From Laetmonice hystrix (Eukaryota): a DNA stretch of 64,000 nt. This document shows positions 22,081-35,500 of the stretch, piece by piece. A program made the position numbers and the translations under genes. Every line of letters starts with the position of its first letter. Positions within the stretch are counted from its first letter, which is position 1. The notes beneath the pieces were generated by a model. It saw nothing but the letters and a program-made list of their open reading frames with translations, had not been told where the DNA came from and did no database searches. The stretch is taken from NCBI GenBank assembly GCA_965235115.1, contig OZ249436.1, forward strand, positions 55,864,001 through 55,928,000. The letters run 5' to 3'.

Positions 22081-22695
22081 TTAATGAACTGTACTCAAAC
22101 TGTACTGGAACGTTGAGGTCGGCAGAAGGACGGAAGAGAAATTTCGAGAACGGTGAGTGAACGCAGATGAAAGGTGACAGGGCGCGGCAAGAACGGTACA
22201 TGTACTGTAGGAGGACGATGTGGGGGCGCTATATGGCCGTTTTGTCAAGAGAACGGAGGGTGGACTGTGAACAGACTTTACGTGGTCGGTACAAAGGCGC
22301 TATGAATCCGCAGGGACAACGGAGGCACCAGCTTTCACCAGCTCAGACCCTCCACCGACCGTCCACAGTCCACAGCGTCCACACACCGCTCACAGGACGT
22401 TCTGTCAAGAACTTTTAAGAACGTTGTAAATTTTTGACATGTCAAAAAATGTTGCGGTCCCCCAACGTCCCTCGACGGCCACCCACGTCATACAACGGTC
22501 TGATACGTTCGTCTAGCACTTTTCCTCCGACCTCACCGCTCTTCTGCGTTCTGTCACTTTTTTTGAACGTTGCGAGAACTTTGTCGAGAACGTTGCGAAC
22601 CCAAAAACCTAGGGGGTAGCACCATCAGATGATAACTGATCGCGTATTTCCACGCCCTTGAAATTTCAAGATGGCGGGAACCACGAGGCGAAAGG

Positions 22696-22887
22696 CTACT
22701 TCATCAGAGGTAAAATGCGCAAAGAAAATCTGGAAGCGATTTCAGATTCCCGTTTGTTGATCCATCCCCGGACCCAAAATTTATGTTTTGTTTTTTGTCC
22801 TCTTTCCTCATCTTTAATTTCTTGTTCCTCACCTTCGGCCAAAAAGGCGAAGGTGAGGGCAACCAGTGCAACCTCCCCGGCCTCCAT
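22696..22887 (-). pseudogene. Remnant N-terminus of a Harbinger-type transposase
   Basis: MEAGEVALVALTFAFLAEGEEQE...KTKHKFWVRGWINKR resembles the hydrophobic, then basic-WVRxW start typical of animal Harbinger transposases. It begins just inside the TIR and is truncated, with no DDE domain. Confidence 0.5.
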
Positions 22888-23221
22888 TTTGATGTCCTCT
22901 GACGATCGGAAGAGCTCTTAAGACCCTATATACAAGTGGATTGTGCTTTCCAATTTTCTTACGAGTGCTTACGCGGGGTACGCAAGCCTACGATTCCTTA
23001 CACGGCCTTACGAGCACTTGTGCGTACTTCCGAAACTTCAGAGAGAGAGAAAATCGTAGGGCCTAGACGCGCGGAAGCCATCGCAACGCAAGTAGATCAC
23101 GTCCATTAACCTTCTCACAAACGGTGAATTATACCAGCTTTTTGACCTGACACGCCTAATAAGAAACCTTTGAGTGTTGAGCTTTCAGTGTTTCTTAAGA
23201 TTTTTGGACGTTGAGATCGAT

Positions 23222-24446
23222 CTGTCACACCATAACGTTCTCGAAAAAGTTCTTGCAACGTTCTTGAAAAGTCACTGTGACAGAACGCAGAAGAACGGTG
23301 AGGTCGGAGGAAAAGCGCTAGACGAACGTATCAGACCGTTGTAGGACGTGGGTGGCCGTCGGGGAACGTTGGGGGACCGTGAGATTTTTTTATATGGATT
23401 TACAACGTTCTTAAAAGTTCTTGACAGAACGTCCTGTGAGCGGTGTGTGGACGCTATGGACTGTGGACGGTCGGTGAAAGGTCTGGATGGCACCGCAGAC
23501 GGACGTAACTCAGACGGTGAAAGCTGGTGCCTCCGTTGTCCCTGCGGATTCATAGCGCCTTTGTACCGACCACGTAAAGTCTGTTCACAGTCCACCCTCC
23601 GTTCTCTTGATAAAACGGCCATATAGCGCCCCCACATCGTCCTCCTACAGTACATGTACCGTTCTTGCCGCGCCATGTCACCTTTCATCTGCGTTCACTC
23701 ACCGTTCTAGAAATTTCTCTTCCGTCCTTCTGCCGACCTCAACGTTCCAGTACAGTTTGAGTACAGTTCATTAACGATCGAGTACAGATCTTGTAGAGTT
23801 CTGTTCCCGCTCAAACTTTGTTATATAAAAAGACTATTCGGAGCAGTTCCTCACTTGACTACAGCAGCTCATCCGAGATGGAAGAACCAGAAGTAGTCCA
23901 CCGTCATTATATGCTAGCTGTTCTACAGAAAGAAGTTGACTAGAACAACTTTGCGATCTACCATTACATCCAGGAACGACAGAGATGGAGACGGGGACAA
24001 CGGCGAAGATGGTGGACCCGGCCACATGCTGCTTTTGTGCTCTTTCCTTTTACTTTTCCCTTTCCCCTTCCTCCCCCTTTATAGACACCTTTGGGCATTT
24101 TGGATATGTTGTCTGCTTGAATGAAGTCGACGGAATAATTGAGATGCTGCGTTCCGCGACCTTGGTACATGGTCGGAGGACGGGCGGGGGAAGGTCGTAA
24201 AGAGCGGAGGAAGAACGTCGGAAGAACGTCGGAAGAACGTTGTAGAACGCAGTAAAAACTAGTGGGCAGCAATGGGACGGAGGAAAGACGTAGGAAACGG
24301 TGGAAGGATTGTAGTAGAACTGTATAGGGACACAATTAGATCGGCCAGTTCAGGGGCGAGGGAGAATTTCGACAACGTTCTAGTCAGGAAAAATTATTCA
24401 AGAACGCAATAAGGTCGTTAAGGCAAGAACGTTATGGTGTGACAGC
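23222..24446 (-). mobile_element. Non-autonomous TIR element, copy B (about 1.2 kb)
   Basis: 20-bp TIRs CTGTCACACCATAACGTTCT / AGAACGTTATGGTGTGACAG; inverted homolog of 20035-22594; no clear TSD. Confidence 0.85.
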
Positions 24447-24889
24447 AAGTGGTCGGGACATCTGAGAAGATAATCTTATTGAAAATTTGGGATGGAGGGA
24501 AATATAAAATAGATAACGTAACACAGTTTAGTAACAAGATTATTTCTTTTCATCACAGATTATAACACCGTCAATGTTTGTGTGAACCTTTGCACTTCAT
24601 GAAGAAACCTTACCTTATAATTATGTGAACGATCTCAAAAGTTCCGCTACACACATCGTATTTGTGTGTGTACAATTTGGTCTGTCTAGCACCATGTATA
24701 TCAAGGCTACCTTCGTTGATACATCCAAGACAAGGTAATTGACATCTTAATGTGTTACATATGTATAAAGGTAACACAACTAACAGAGATGGGTCACTAA
24801 ACTACCAGAGTCTGACATCATCCCTCAGCTCAGAATGGGAATGCCACCCCTGCACATGAATACCGTGTTGACCTTGATCTACTTCTTAG

Positions 24890-25565
24890 TGTCATTTTGG
24901 ACAAACCTCCCAAACTTGACATGGTATCGCCATTATGGATAAACCTCCCAAACTTGACGTGGTATCGCCATTAGGGATAAACCTCCCAAACTTGAGGTGA
25001 TGTCGTCAATATGGGTAAACCTCCCAAACTTGACGTGATCTCGTCATTTTGGACAAACCTCCCAAACTAGACATGTCATTTTGGACAAACCTCCTAAACT
25101 TGAGACATGGTTTCATTTTGGACAAATCTTCCAAACTTGACGTGTCGCCATTATGGATAAACCTCCCAAACTTGACGTGATGTCATTTTGGACAAATCTC
25201 CAAAACTAGACGTGATCAGATGTCGTCATGGATAACCCTCCCAAATTTGACGTGATGTCATTTTGGACAAACCTCCCAAACTTGATGTGATGTCATTTTG
25301 GACAAACCTCCCAAACTAGACGTGATGTCGTCATTTTGGAAAAACCTCCCAAACTAGACGTGATGTCATTTTGGACATGATGTCGTCATTATGGACTCCC
25401 AAACTTGAAGTGGTGTCGCCTTTATGGACAACGTCCCAAACTTGACGTGATGCCATTATGGACAACCCCCCCCCCCCCCAACTTCGACGTAGTGTCGCCA
25501 TTATGGACCCCCCCCCCCCCAAACGATGCGGTGTCGCCATTATGGACAGACCTCCCAAACTTGAC
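24890..25565. repeat. Degenerate ~35-39 bp minisatellite
   Basis: Recurring unit gtcattttggacaaacctcccaaacttgacgtgat, decaying toward the right end. Confidence 0.9.
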
Positions 25566-26514
25566 ATGTTGTTGTCACGAACAAATCTCCCGAATTAGCG
25601 TGGTGTCGGCGCAACATTATAAGAAAAAGAATATTTCATTAGTAAAGCCAACAAAAAACAGATTGCATTGCGACACTGGAAAAACGTGCATTATTTTCAA
25701 CCTCTGAAATACTCTTCCTTGACCTGACTTTTCTCAAATGTATGTTTTCCGAATTCCGCCTAGAACAACTTATCTTAGCTAGGTTAAGTTCGTGTGTGAA
25801 TGGGGAGGAAAGGTGTGTATCACCACGAGTGGGCAACCAGAATCATGTATCCGTCAAATCATAAATGGGAAAGAGTCCCGGAATGTGTCGGTTTTCCCCC
25901 CACCAAAACAAAAACTAAAGGCTTACTTTGGAAATCTAGGTGCACTAACTATAAAATTAACATCCAAAGGGAGCAGAACACGTTCCTCAACTAAGTTCTT
26001 ACGATTAAACAATTTAATCGGGTTATATTTCTAATACGGCACTAACCTGTTTTGAGTAACCGTCAGATAAATGTGCATCCTTTGTACTCTAATAAGGCCT
26101 ATATTGCATGTATATCTGCAACAGATTTCAACTGTTCGTTGGCATTGTTGGCATTTGAACCGTAATGTTGTACTAGTCCCTGAAGAGTGCAACTATACCT
26201 GCATACTTTCTTTACCGAGCCACCGTTAACCTAAGTCAACTTCTCCCTTTTCACATTAAACCCAATTACGTGTAGCGAGCAGATCTATACTTTAAATGAA
26301 GAAGTTGTCTGTGTATTATACTAAATGATAAAGGATCCTGTTCGCCATTTAAAAAAGAACAGGTCCTCAGCTGTGTGTTTTGTCCCTGGGCGTCTTTAGT
26401 TTCAATCGTATTTTGAAAGGATAACCACACGGTTTAAAGTGTTGTTTCCATTATAGAATTTCGACTAGACCCATCAAACTACAGAACGCATAGGGGCCTA
26501 CGGTAGGTTAGTGG

Positions 26515-29500
26515 TCACACCTTCGTTTTCTTCATGTCGACTGCAGTGACAGGAATGTCAAACCTGGCGGCAAGGCGTGGTTTCTTAGGGCTTTCCCGTA
26601 AACTGGGCGAACCTTCAGCCGCGGCACCGTGGCAAGGTTGTTGTGAACCGGAGGTCGGCACGGTGACTGCACACTGAACGGGACACGGGTCGAGGTAGAG
26701 GGCCGAGCAGTCCCGGGTGGCCGTGGACAACATCTCGGCGTACGTACACTTGGGCCCCCGGCAGGAGATCGCCATGGACATGCCGGACTGCAGAATGCGT
26801 TCGCTGGCCAAGGTGTGCAGGGATTTGGGGATGGATGTCGTCATAGAGTTTACATTGGTGGTGTTTGGGGGCGTTGGTCGGGCGCTTTGTGAGCCGGTCA
26901 CGACCTGTGACCCCGTGAAGGCGGCCTCTGCAGGCGATACAGCCGGAGTGGGGCTGCTCGTGGCGTCCAACCTGTTCAGGTCCTGCTCGATATCCTGACA
27001 GCTCATCATGTGGGGGCTGGTGCTAGGGGGGCAGTAGGGGTAGGCCATGTGGAACATTGGAGGAGGACCGTAGTGTTCAATGGCTGTGACGGGAAGCATG
27101 GTGCCGAACGGACCGCTCGGACAACTGTTTGCCTGGGGTGAACTGGCGGTGTACGTCATGAACCGGTAATCCCCGGCTGGCGGCGCCATCTCGCGGTTCG
27201 TGGGCGTGGCGTCAGAAATGCACTTGTTGCTATCCTGACGTTGCAGAGCGCTGAAAGCGTCGAGGGGTGGTTGTTCGTATCGGAGTTCCTTTAGACCGTC
27301 GCTGTACAGTCCGAACGGGTAGGCGGCCGCTGCAGCCCCACCCGCCGGCATGGCCGGGGTGACGTACGGGTACTGGGCGCCCGGCTGGGGGCCGTACTGG
27401 TCCGGGGCAGGACGGAACGGGTCGAATACCTGGGTGACTGGGTAGTGGGCCTGGGACGGGTACGGGCCGTGTGGCACGGACGTCGGGAGGAGCTGGGCGG
27501 CAAACTGCAGCATGTCCGTGGATGGGGTCTCGGAATGCCGCAGTGGGTCGTCAGCCAGCTGTCGGAACATGTCTGGTGGAAAGGAAACATACATTGGGAC
27601 GACCGTTTCACATTGTAATATATTACAAGTAATATAGGCCTATTACTAATAAGATCGTATACATGTACAAGGCACAGTCCCCACATAGGCCTATAGCATA
27701 ATCTTTACACAGTTTTGGTTAATGCCGCAAAGGATAATTTCTACATACTACTATGTGTCATTATCGCATAGTAGTATATAGAAAGTAGCCTTTGAAAACG
27801 CTGGGCTGATCACCATAACGGTTAGCCTAATTATGGTGGCCAGTGCTGTATGTTATGCCGAAATTGCTGTTATTGGGGATTTAAGAACAAGGATATAAGA
27901 AGTCAAAATCTGGACACCTGTCTGTCTGTCAGATGAACTTACCAAAAGGGATTGAGGTGGCGGTATGAAAACCCGGAGAATGAAACCCCTCTTGGTGTCC
28001 TGGGGGTGTTTGCAGTAAGCCTGGAGAATCACAACTTTGGGAAGAGCTAAGGTCGCCTGTCGACATAATACAGCCAATCAGTGTCAATACTTATTTCAAC
28101 CAGGCCTTTAATTGTCTGCAGTCAATGTATCAGGTTTAAATATAAAGAACATATGTGCTCACCCTGACACTCTGTGATGCCGGAGTCATTGGACGGAGTG
28201 TTAGCTTTACCCTCGGGCATACCGGTACTAGGTGGCGACACTGGCGTTTGGTCATGTCCTCCCTGTTCGGTTTGTTCTTGTCCTGTTGAGGGCACTACAG
28301 TCAGAGGTACAACAGTTAGTTTTGTCTGTGAAATGTTTCCATTTATTTCCTTGTCCTATGCCTACGTTGTGCCAATGTCAATTGCGTATTTTCGGGAGTG
28401 GGGGGGGGGGGTTGTCTTCGGACTTCATAAATCTCTCAATAAGTCATAAATTCAACATCATTATAACCATGTCAACACCTGCCTTGAAACTCCTGTGATA
28501 ACATGACAACCCGACGGTAGCCTTTACCGCGCACGGTGGCCAGGTGAGGAATGGTCTGTAGGAGTGCAGGTAGGCTTGGGTAGCCGTACGAGGCGGGTAC
28601 GAGCGACACACCAAAGTGATGAGCATACGCAGTCTCGAAATTCTGAAGGGTCAGTTTTCCTTTGTGGGCCAGGAGCAAGGTTCGCACGTCTCTTGCGAAC
28701 ATTTGTAGAGCACATAACTTGACAACTCCGCCGGCAGCGCAGCCAAACTCATCGGGAGTCACCTTTATACACACAGGTAAGAGGTTGTCACTGTGTCCAG
28801 GATATGTGACATAAGATGAGGGTGCAACGAGAAAAGCGAACTTTTCTGTTGTACCCAGAAAAAACTAAAATGGCGGAAAACAATAATCTTCGCTGGGACT
28901 GCAGGTGAAGCGCAACATAAGGATGGGTAGGCCGGTGTGTATAGATCGATCTATTGGTGTTTGACCCCTGAACTTTATTACTGATACTGAAACAATGTTT
29001 TACTGATGGGGGAAACCAGGGAATCTGGATAAATAAAACCCTGGCATTAAGTGGGTTTTGAATCCCAATATTTAAACGAATTGTCCTGTTGGATAACGAG
29101 ACGACTGGGCTACCCCGACCCTATATGAGAGATGCAATCGTCTAGGGGTTCAGTTACCTTGACGATGCCCTGGAGGTCCGTGAGCAGTTCCTCCATGGTG
29201 AGTGTGGTGTCGTAGCGGCTCTGGTACTGACTGAGCAGCTGGCGCGCCTTCATCGTTCCGTCCACCTGCGCCATCAACATGAGCAGGATCCTCACCGACA
29301 GCTGCTGCTGCCTGCTGTGGTCAACCAGACGGATCGTGGCGCGACCGTTCACGCGCTCCACCTGGTGGCAGGTAGGCATATTACACTTATCAACGCCAAG
29401 GGATAACTTATTAAGACTGGTCACGCCTGTATGAAGAAGGAATTTATTTAGACCATTTTTACGATGGCGAATTAAATGCGCAGTGTATAAACTTCGCGGA

Positions 29501-32500
29501 ACCTTCCGCTTTCCGCTAGACTCTCGCGAAGCGGTCGGAAAGGCTTGCTACATTGCTCTGATGGCCAGAGAGCTCAGCTTGACCTAGAGAGGTTAGCAGA
29601 CAGCAGAGAGTTTGCATTAGACCTACCCCCGTTTATAAGCCCCTACGAGTCTATCATGTAGTCCAGAGTCTATAGATACGCCCTTTGAAGCCGATGACAC
29701 CCTTATACGACTATATAGGTACCCCTTCATGAACTGCTTTCACAAATATCCTATATGTTTGATTCAGTTGACCTCACCGTTGCTATGTTAGGTATCTGCT
29801 GGATGAGTTCACTGACGGAAGCAACGTTGTAATCCTGTAAACGGATGCTGTGTCCATGGTAACGCATGAAGGCAGTCAGGAACTCTGGGACGGGTAGCTG
29901 GTTGTCCGAGTAGGACCGCAGCAAACTGGTTACTTGGTCCTCGAGAACTCGAATCAACTCCTGCTCCGTCAAACACAACATCTTGTCGTCTGCCTCGTCC
30001 TCAATCTGTCCAAGCAAAGTTCTAGAAACCAGTGTTGAATATACCCAAGGCTGAATATAGGCCTATACTAGAGGGGCGGGGCAGGAGGGGTGCCACTCCA
30101 GTTATACTGGAAAGCTGGGGTTGTGAGAAGCTGGTGCCCTTTGAATTTAATAGTATACCATTGACATGTACGTCGTCAAAGCTCTTTGAAGCTATAGCAA
30201 CATCTTGTTTCATACAGCTGTGGTAGGCCTATAATGTATGTGGGCCTATTATTATTGATGAGGCTTCAGCGTTAGAAAGGTTTCTCTGAGGACCAAGAGG
30301 CCTCTTTGAATTATTTACAGTGGTATGTACATTTTGTTACTTTAACTTTATATCAATATTCATTGGAAGACGCCCGATTCTCACCCTGAGGATGTGTGGG
30401 ATGGACTCAAAAAGTTCGATGAGTTTAGCGAAGCCGTAGTCGGCCACCCGGCACTGCTTGCCGAAGTGATGATGGTAGGCAGGGATGAACTTGTTAAAAG
30501 GCATTCGGCACTGCGGCGAATGACGCAACAGGTCGATCACTTCAACGGCAAACTGTTTAGTACGCTCTCCCTCCTCCAGGGTTTGTTCTATAAAAAAAGA
30601 CGGCGCCTTTTCATATCGTATTCGAGATACGTTAAAGAGGTTGGGTCTGGAAATATTTACCATGCTGGCATTGAAATGGACCAAAAAGAACAAGTGAAAA
30701 ATTCTAAATTAGTTATAAAATTTCCTGCAGACCTTGTTCTGGGGAGCATTCTTTCCCTGATGTATTTTAACCTAGGCCTAGGAGGTAAGGGTTCGAGAAA
30801 CATACATCACTTGTTATAGTTTGTCAAATGTGTTTCCCACCAATTTTTCAATAGTCTTTCCTCCTTTTAATAATAATTAATCAGGTCTCTTCACTCCTGT
30901 AAGTCAACCGCTTTCCTACCTCGCCTGGGTATGGAGATGGTCATCTCTTGACTGACACCGTTTACCTAGAGGAAAAAGGCAATGACTAATCATACTTCCA
31001 TAGAAAATACCAGACATTATAAAATTAATCGCAAATTTATAAAGAGGGATTACATAAAATATATTGTGTGAAAGAAACTGATTGGCGCTATCCTTGAAAT
31101 TGAAAATTAATAAGGATGATCTGAAGACGCTTAGATTGTTGAACGTTTCACATCGTGAATCTATGTGAGACGTTTTCCTGTATATATGTCAAGGTATGAC
31201 TGCCTACCAGTACAGTTGTCTCAGGCAGCTCGCTGAGCATGTCCTCAATGAAACACACGCCGTAATTATGTATGTCAAACGGTTTGGCGATCACCTTGTC
31301 TGAAACAAGCAGAACGTGCATGGACTGTGCTACCGGACCAGTAAATCGTACTACGCGTGCAAGCTGAACAGATAATTTGGAAATAAAAATTACTAGTAGA
31401 TTGAGAATTTCGCCCGTAATTGCTGGAACTCTCCCTAAAATGATACCATGTGTGACCTACTGTAGACAATGGGTAAGTCCATGACGTTGATTTGTTTGCT
31501 GGCCTGAGACTTGAGCACCCGGAGGAGGTCGGATGAGAAACGTTTCACATGGGCCCGGTGAGACATTGTCACAAACCGACGACTTCCGCCTCCGATAATC
31601 TATATTACGAACGGGGTTGAAACATTTGATTGTCGGCTGCACTTTTGACAATATTCAGATTTTATATTATGTAATCAATCATTGTATATAGGCCTAAAGG
31701 ACATTCTATTAATCTATTGACGTATAATCATGCCTTTGCTATCTCACTGATAAAAATACAATGCCCCTTTCAAACATTTTGAAGAGGCTTAGACCTTGAG
31801 AATTGTCAGAAAGATGTAGGCCTACACTTACCTGTACAATATGTGGAATAGCCTCGAAGAGCTCCATCAGTTTGGTATAGCCATAGTCCGCTACTCGACA
31901 TTGACGCCCGAAGTGATGGTGGTAGGCAGGGATGAACTTGGAGAAGGACATCCGACATTGTGGCGAGTGTTTCAACAGGTCTATGACTTCTCTACTAAAC
32001 TGAGACAACTGTTGGGTCATCAACGGGCTTGGCATCGACCGACCCACGTCTGCACGTCAAGGAGGATTTGACAATAGTTTATTGTGCAGATTGAATACGA
32101 ATCGAAATATCATTACGTGTGGAAATTAAAGATGAACCTGTTCAAGTATACATTTCGCAGGACACGGGAATACTTACAGGGCAATTTGATAATAAGGACG
32201 GACAAACACTGTCATGCTACGGTATTCAGGCGTATATTTAAAACTTATCTATCATCCAGTATACAATACAAGTATAATTAAAATACATGTAAATCATTTT
32301 TAAAAAGAGTGAATAAATAAAACCAACCCATGACGGGTGGCGGCTTGTTTTCGGCCCATTGAATCTTCTTGACGCCTGACCTTGAGATAGCGACCTTGAC
32401 CCCAGGCACACAGCTGATGAGGTGTTCTAGCGGGACCCCTCCCTCGGACAGTGCCACCATGGCCTGGAACTCGGCCTCGTAACAACACTGGAAACTGAGT

Positions 32501-35500
32501 ACCAACAAATCCAACCGTTTTGAAGGCGATGCTCTATAATGTAGGCATACTGTTTTTTGTGTGTGCTGTTTTCCCCTTTATACATTTGCTAGTTTTTTAG
32601 CTTTTTGAATGAATCTGAGAAGTGCTCATTTTGTTCAGCCAGTCGTTAATAGACCTACTAATGACTATAAGACCCTTTCTTTTCCTTTATAGCCCCCCCC
32701 CCCCCACTCCATGCTTTTCTTTTCACCCTTTCTCCTTAGGTCTACCTAGATACGACTGATATACATATATGTCTCTTAGTACGTGACCTGTAAATTATCT
32801 CTCTCACCTGATGAGAGGCATACTTCCTTCATGGGTCTGGAGCAAGGTGTGAACCTTTGCCGAGAATGTCCTCAGCTGGATGATGACGTTAGGCAGACAG
32901 GCAGCATCCATTGCTGACACGTAGCCAGCGCTGCCCTCCTGGCAGTGGAGCTTACACACTGGAGACTCCAGATAGTCCGCCTGAAAGCAACGACATTGTA
33001 TGGGCCCGTCATCCTGGCAAGATCTATATTGTACAGAAGGATCGAGTTTTACGGGTCAGCAACAGCCAGGGTCATAATGTGGCGGTCGATTTTAAAGCAG
33101 AGAACCGGAGTACCAGGAGAAAACCACCGACATGGAAGCAAGACTCCAAGAACCTGAAAAAACCTTCTCAAAACCCCCACAGATGAGAGACCCTGCACAT
33201 GTGATTACCATCCAGAGGGTTACACCCCATGAACTATAGAATGTCTCACAAAAGATTCAAAAGCCGTTCGAAAGTGCCATTCTTTCAATAAACTGTGCCC
33301 CTTTACGTCACTTCGGAGTATATAATATAGACAGAGGGAAGTATTGGATTAACAAAGGCAGTAAGGGCCTATCGGTGTATAATTTCTATATCCTGGGTTG
33401 CTATCTTACCTCGTGGTCGTGCATGTCGGAGTTGGATGGGGATGGATGCGAGGCTGCCACCAGTGACACGGTCCGACCTGCCCCGCCCTGCTCTTCGATC
33501 TCAATCGTCTCCCTCATACGGTACAGCTCGGACACACTGATACCACGGTGGTATCTACAGCGTCACAGAGGCAAAGAACAGATCAGGATAATGGTCCTAT
33601 GCGATCGTAACTGATCCGTATTTAACCACAATTATTCTGAGAATTTTAATACTGGTAGGCCATAATATAAAGAGGCAGTATTACAATAGGAAATGTGTTT
33701 TTACTTACCGCTTTTCAAATATTTCAATGAATTTAAACAGTGGCAAACTGTTTCCCGTCACTTCTTTAAGAAGAGCCACAACTTCTGATCTGTAAAAAAA
33801 ACATGAATTGGCCTAACATTACGCCGTTTTACTTTAACTGCAAACGCCAAATAATCAATTTTTCAAAACTTGAGGACTCCATTACCAATCAGGTTGTCTC
33901 TACCAAGACAAGACGGATATATATCTCCGTATAGCAATATACTCTTAACATATTCTGCCATTATTCCCGGCAGGCATCTGCATTCAGTCTTAAAGGACCT
34001 ATGTATAGTTGCCCACATCATGAACCACCTAGTGGATACTTAGACGACACCCGTTTCATAATAGTTCTCTGTCTCCAAGAGGCAGCAGGAAACCCCCAGC
34101 ATTGTGGTTTAAGTATCACCAAAGTCAAGGTCTACTTGAAGGCACAGAATGTATACAGAAATCGACGAAAAACGATACATCTTCTTAGTCACTAGAGGGC
34201 GCCACCTAGACGTTTGGGACAAGTTAACGGTTGAGGAAAGTCTATACTTTTCCTTTAGAGTGTTATTAATCATCTCTGTTTTTTACCTGCTGTTTGTAGC
34301 CGTCGTGTTGGCGTCATGATTGATAAGAGAAACGTGGATACGTTTGTAACCAATCTTCTTACGGTGAAATTGTGATATGGCATAGCGTGCTTCGTCTATT
34401 GTTGGAACTCTCACATAGCCGATGTTGGTGTTGTCTGCCTGTGTCTGCATGTAGACACCGAGTACCTAAAAAAGGCAATAATCCAAATGATTTCATAAAT
34501 AACGTCAATGGCATGTGCGGTTCTTGGGCCATCGAATCTCTCTTTTATAGTATAGTTTTATTACAGGCCCAGGTGGGACTTTACCACTTGATTCGTACGC
34601 GAGGTGTGTCACAAATGGGGGGGGGGGGGGTCCGGGGGTCCTCCCCTTTAAAAGTTTGAAAAGGAAGACTCTCTGAGGTGCATTTTCCAGGCATCTGTAT
34701 GAAGAGCAGTTTTTTACCCAGGAAACACACGGGGGACTCTTTATGGCTTTGCTCCTCTGTGTGTGTATGTTCGGGGGGGGGGCGCTTGGCTACTGGCCCT
34801 ACCTCATTTTATCCTGTTTTGACGCCCTTTTATCCTATTTTCCTATACTGCACCTCTCCTAAAAATCGGGGTCCAGCGTTTTTCGCAGGGGAGGGGGGTC
34901 GACGATGTGGTGGTCAAAGCCCCACATCAGAAGTGCAGCAGTGCATCAATATCAGCCTATAAAAGAATTGAGGGCTCTGAGCAGGGGGGCGCTTCGACCC
35001 CCGACAACCCCCCGCCCCCGGACATACGCATGGGATCCCGCGTTAATTTAATGAAGGCATACACTAAGGCTTGTGCTGCATAGTCTATATCTCATAGCCT
35101 ATATCATAGTGCTACCATTTCCTACCATAGGCCTATAGAAAAAGGATACCTGAACATGTTGCTGAAATTCAGCGATAAGGATCTTCTTCCACTCGCGTGC
35201 CGAGATGTTGTAGTCGAGGTTTGAGACCATCAACCTAACGGAGCCGAGCTGGTCGACCGTTGACATCTCCATGATGTGGTCATCGTTCACGTTTGACGCG
35301 CTTGGCCGGCAGAGGTCAGCAGCCGACAACATCGCACTAGGGGCGCCATACATTCGTGCATTTCTGTCTGGTCCCCAAAAGGATTGGTGAAGGTTCGAAG
35401 TTGGGGGTTGGTTGTGTGAAGGGTTGTTAGGTCGGCTTGCTCCTGGAGTGCGTCGGAATGAAGACGGCTTGGTACGTGCGTCATTGACAGGCGAACCACC

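Larger units (their letters stand above)
20035..22594 (+). mobile_element. Non-autonomous TIR element, copy A (same family as 23222-24446, opposite orientation), right TIR truncated
   Basis: Starts GCTGTCACACCATAACGTTCT; colinear high-identity match to the reverse complement of 23222-24446; lacks the terminal ATGGTGTGACAG; interrupted by a TTAA insertion. Confidence 0.85.
19847..23106. mobile_element. Internally deleted PIF/Harbinger-like element hosting nested insertions
   Basis: ~34-bp TIRs ATGGACGTGATCCACTTGCGTTGCGATGCTTCCG / CGGAAGCCATCGCAACGCAAGTAGATCACGTCCAT; flanks TGA/TAA; subterminal TTACGAG repeats; transposase-like N-terminal fragment at 22887-22696. Confidence 0.7.

Noticed and set aside
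22167..23688. Near-identical ORFs MKGD.ARQERYMYCRR on opposite strands suggesting a duplicated gene
   Set aside because: They follow from the two inverted copies of one non-autonomous element; the frames diverge and no domain is recognisable.
32981..33153. Longer version of the MARF1 exon using the acceptor at 33154
   Set aside because: In-frame TAA; the acceptor at 32981 gives a clean open frame.
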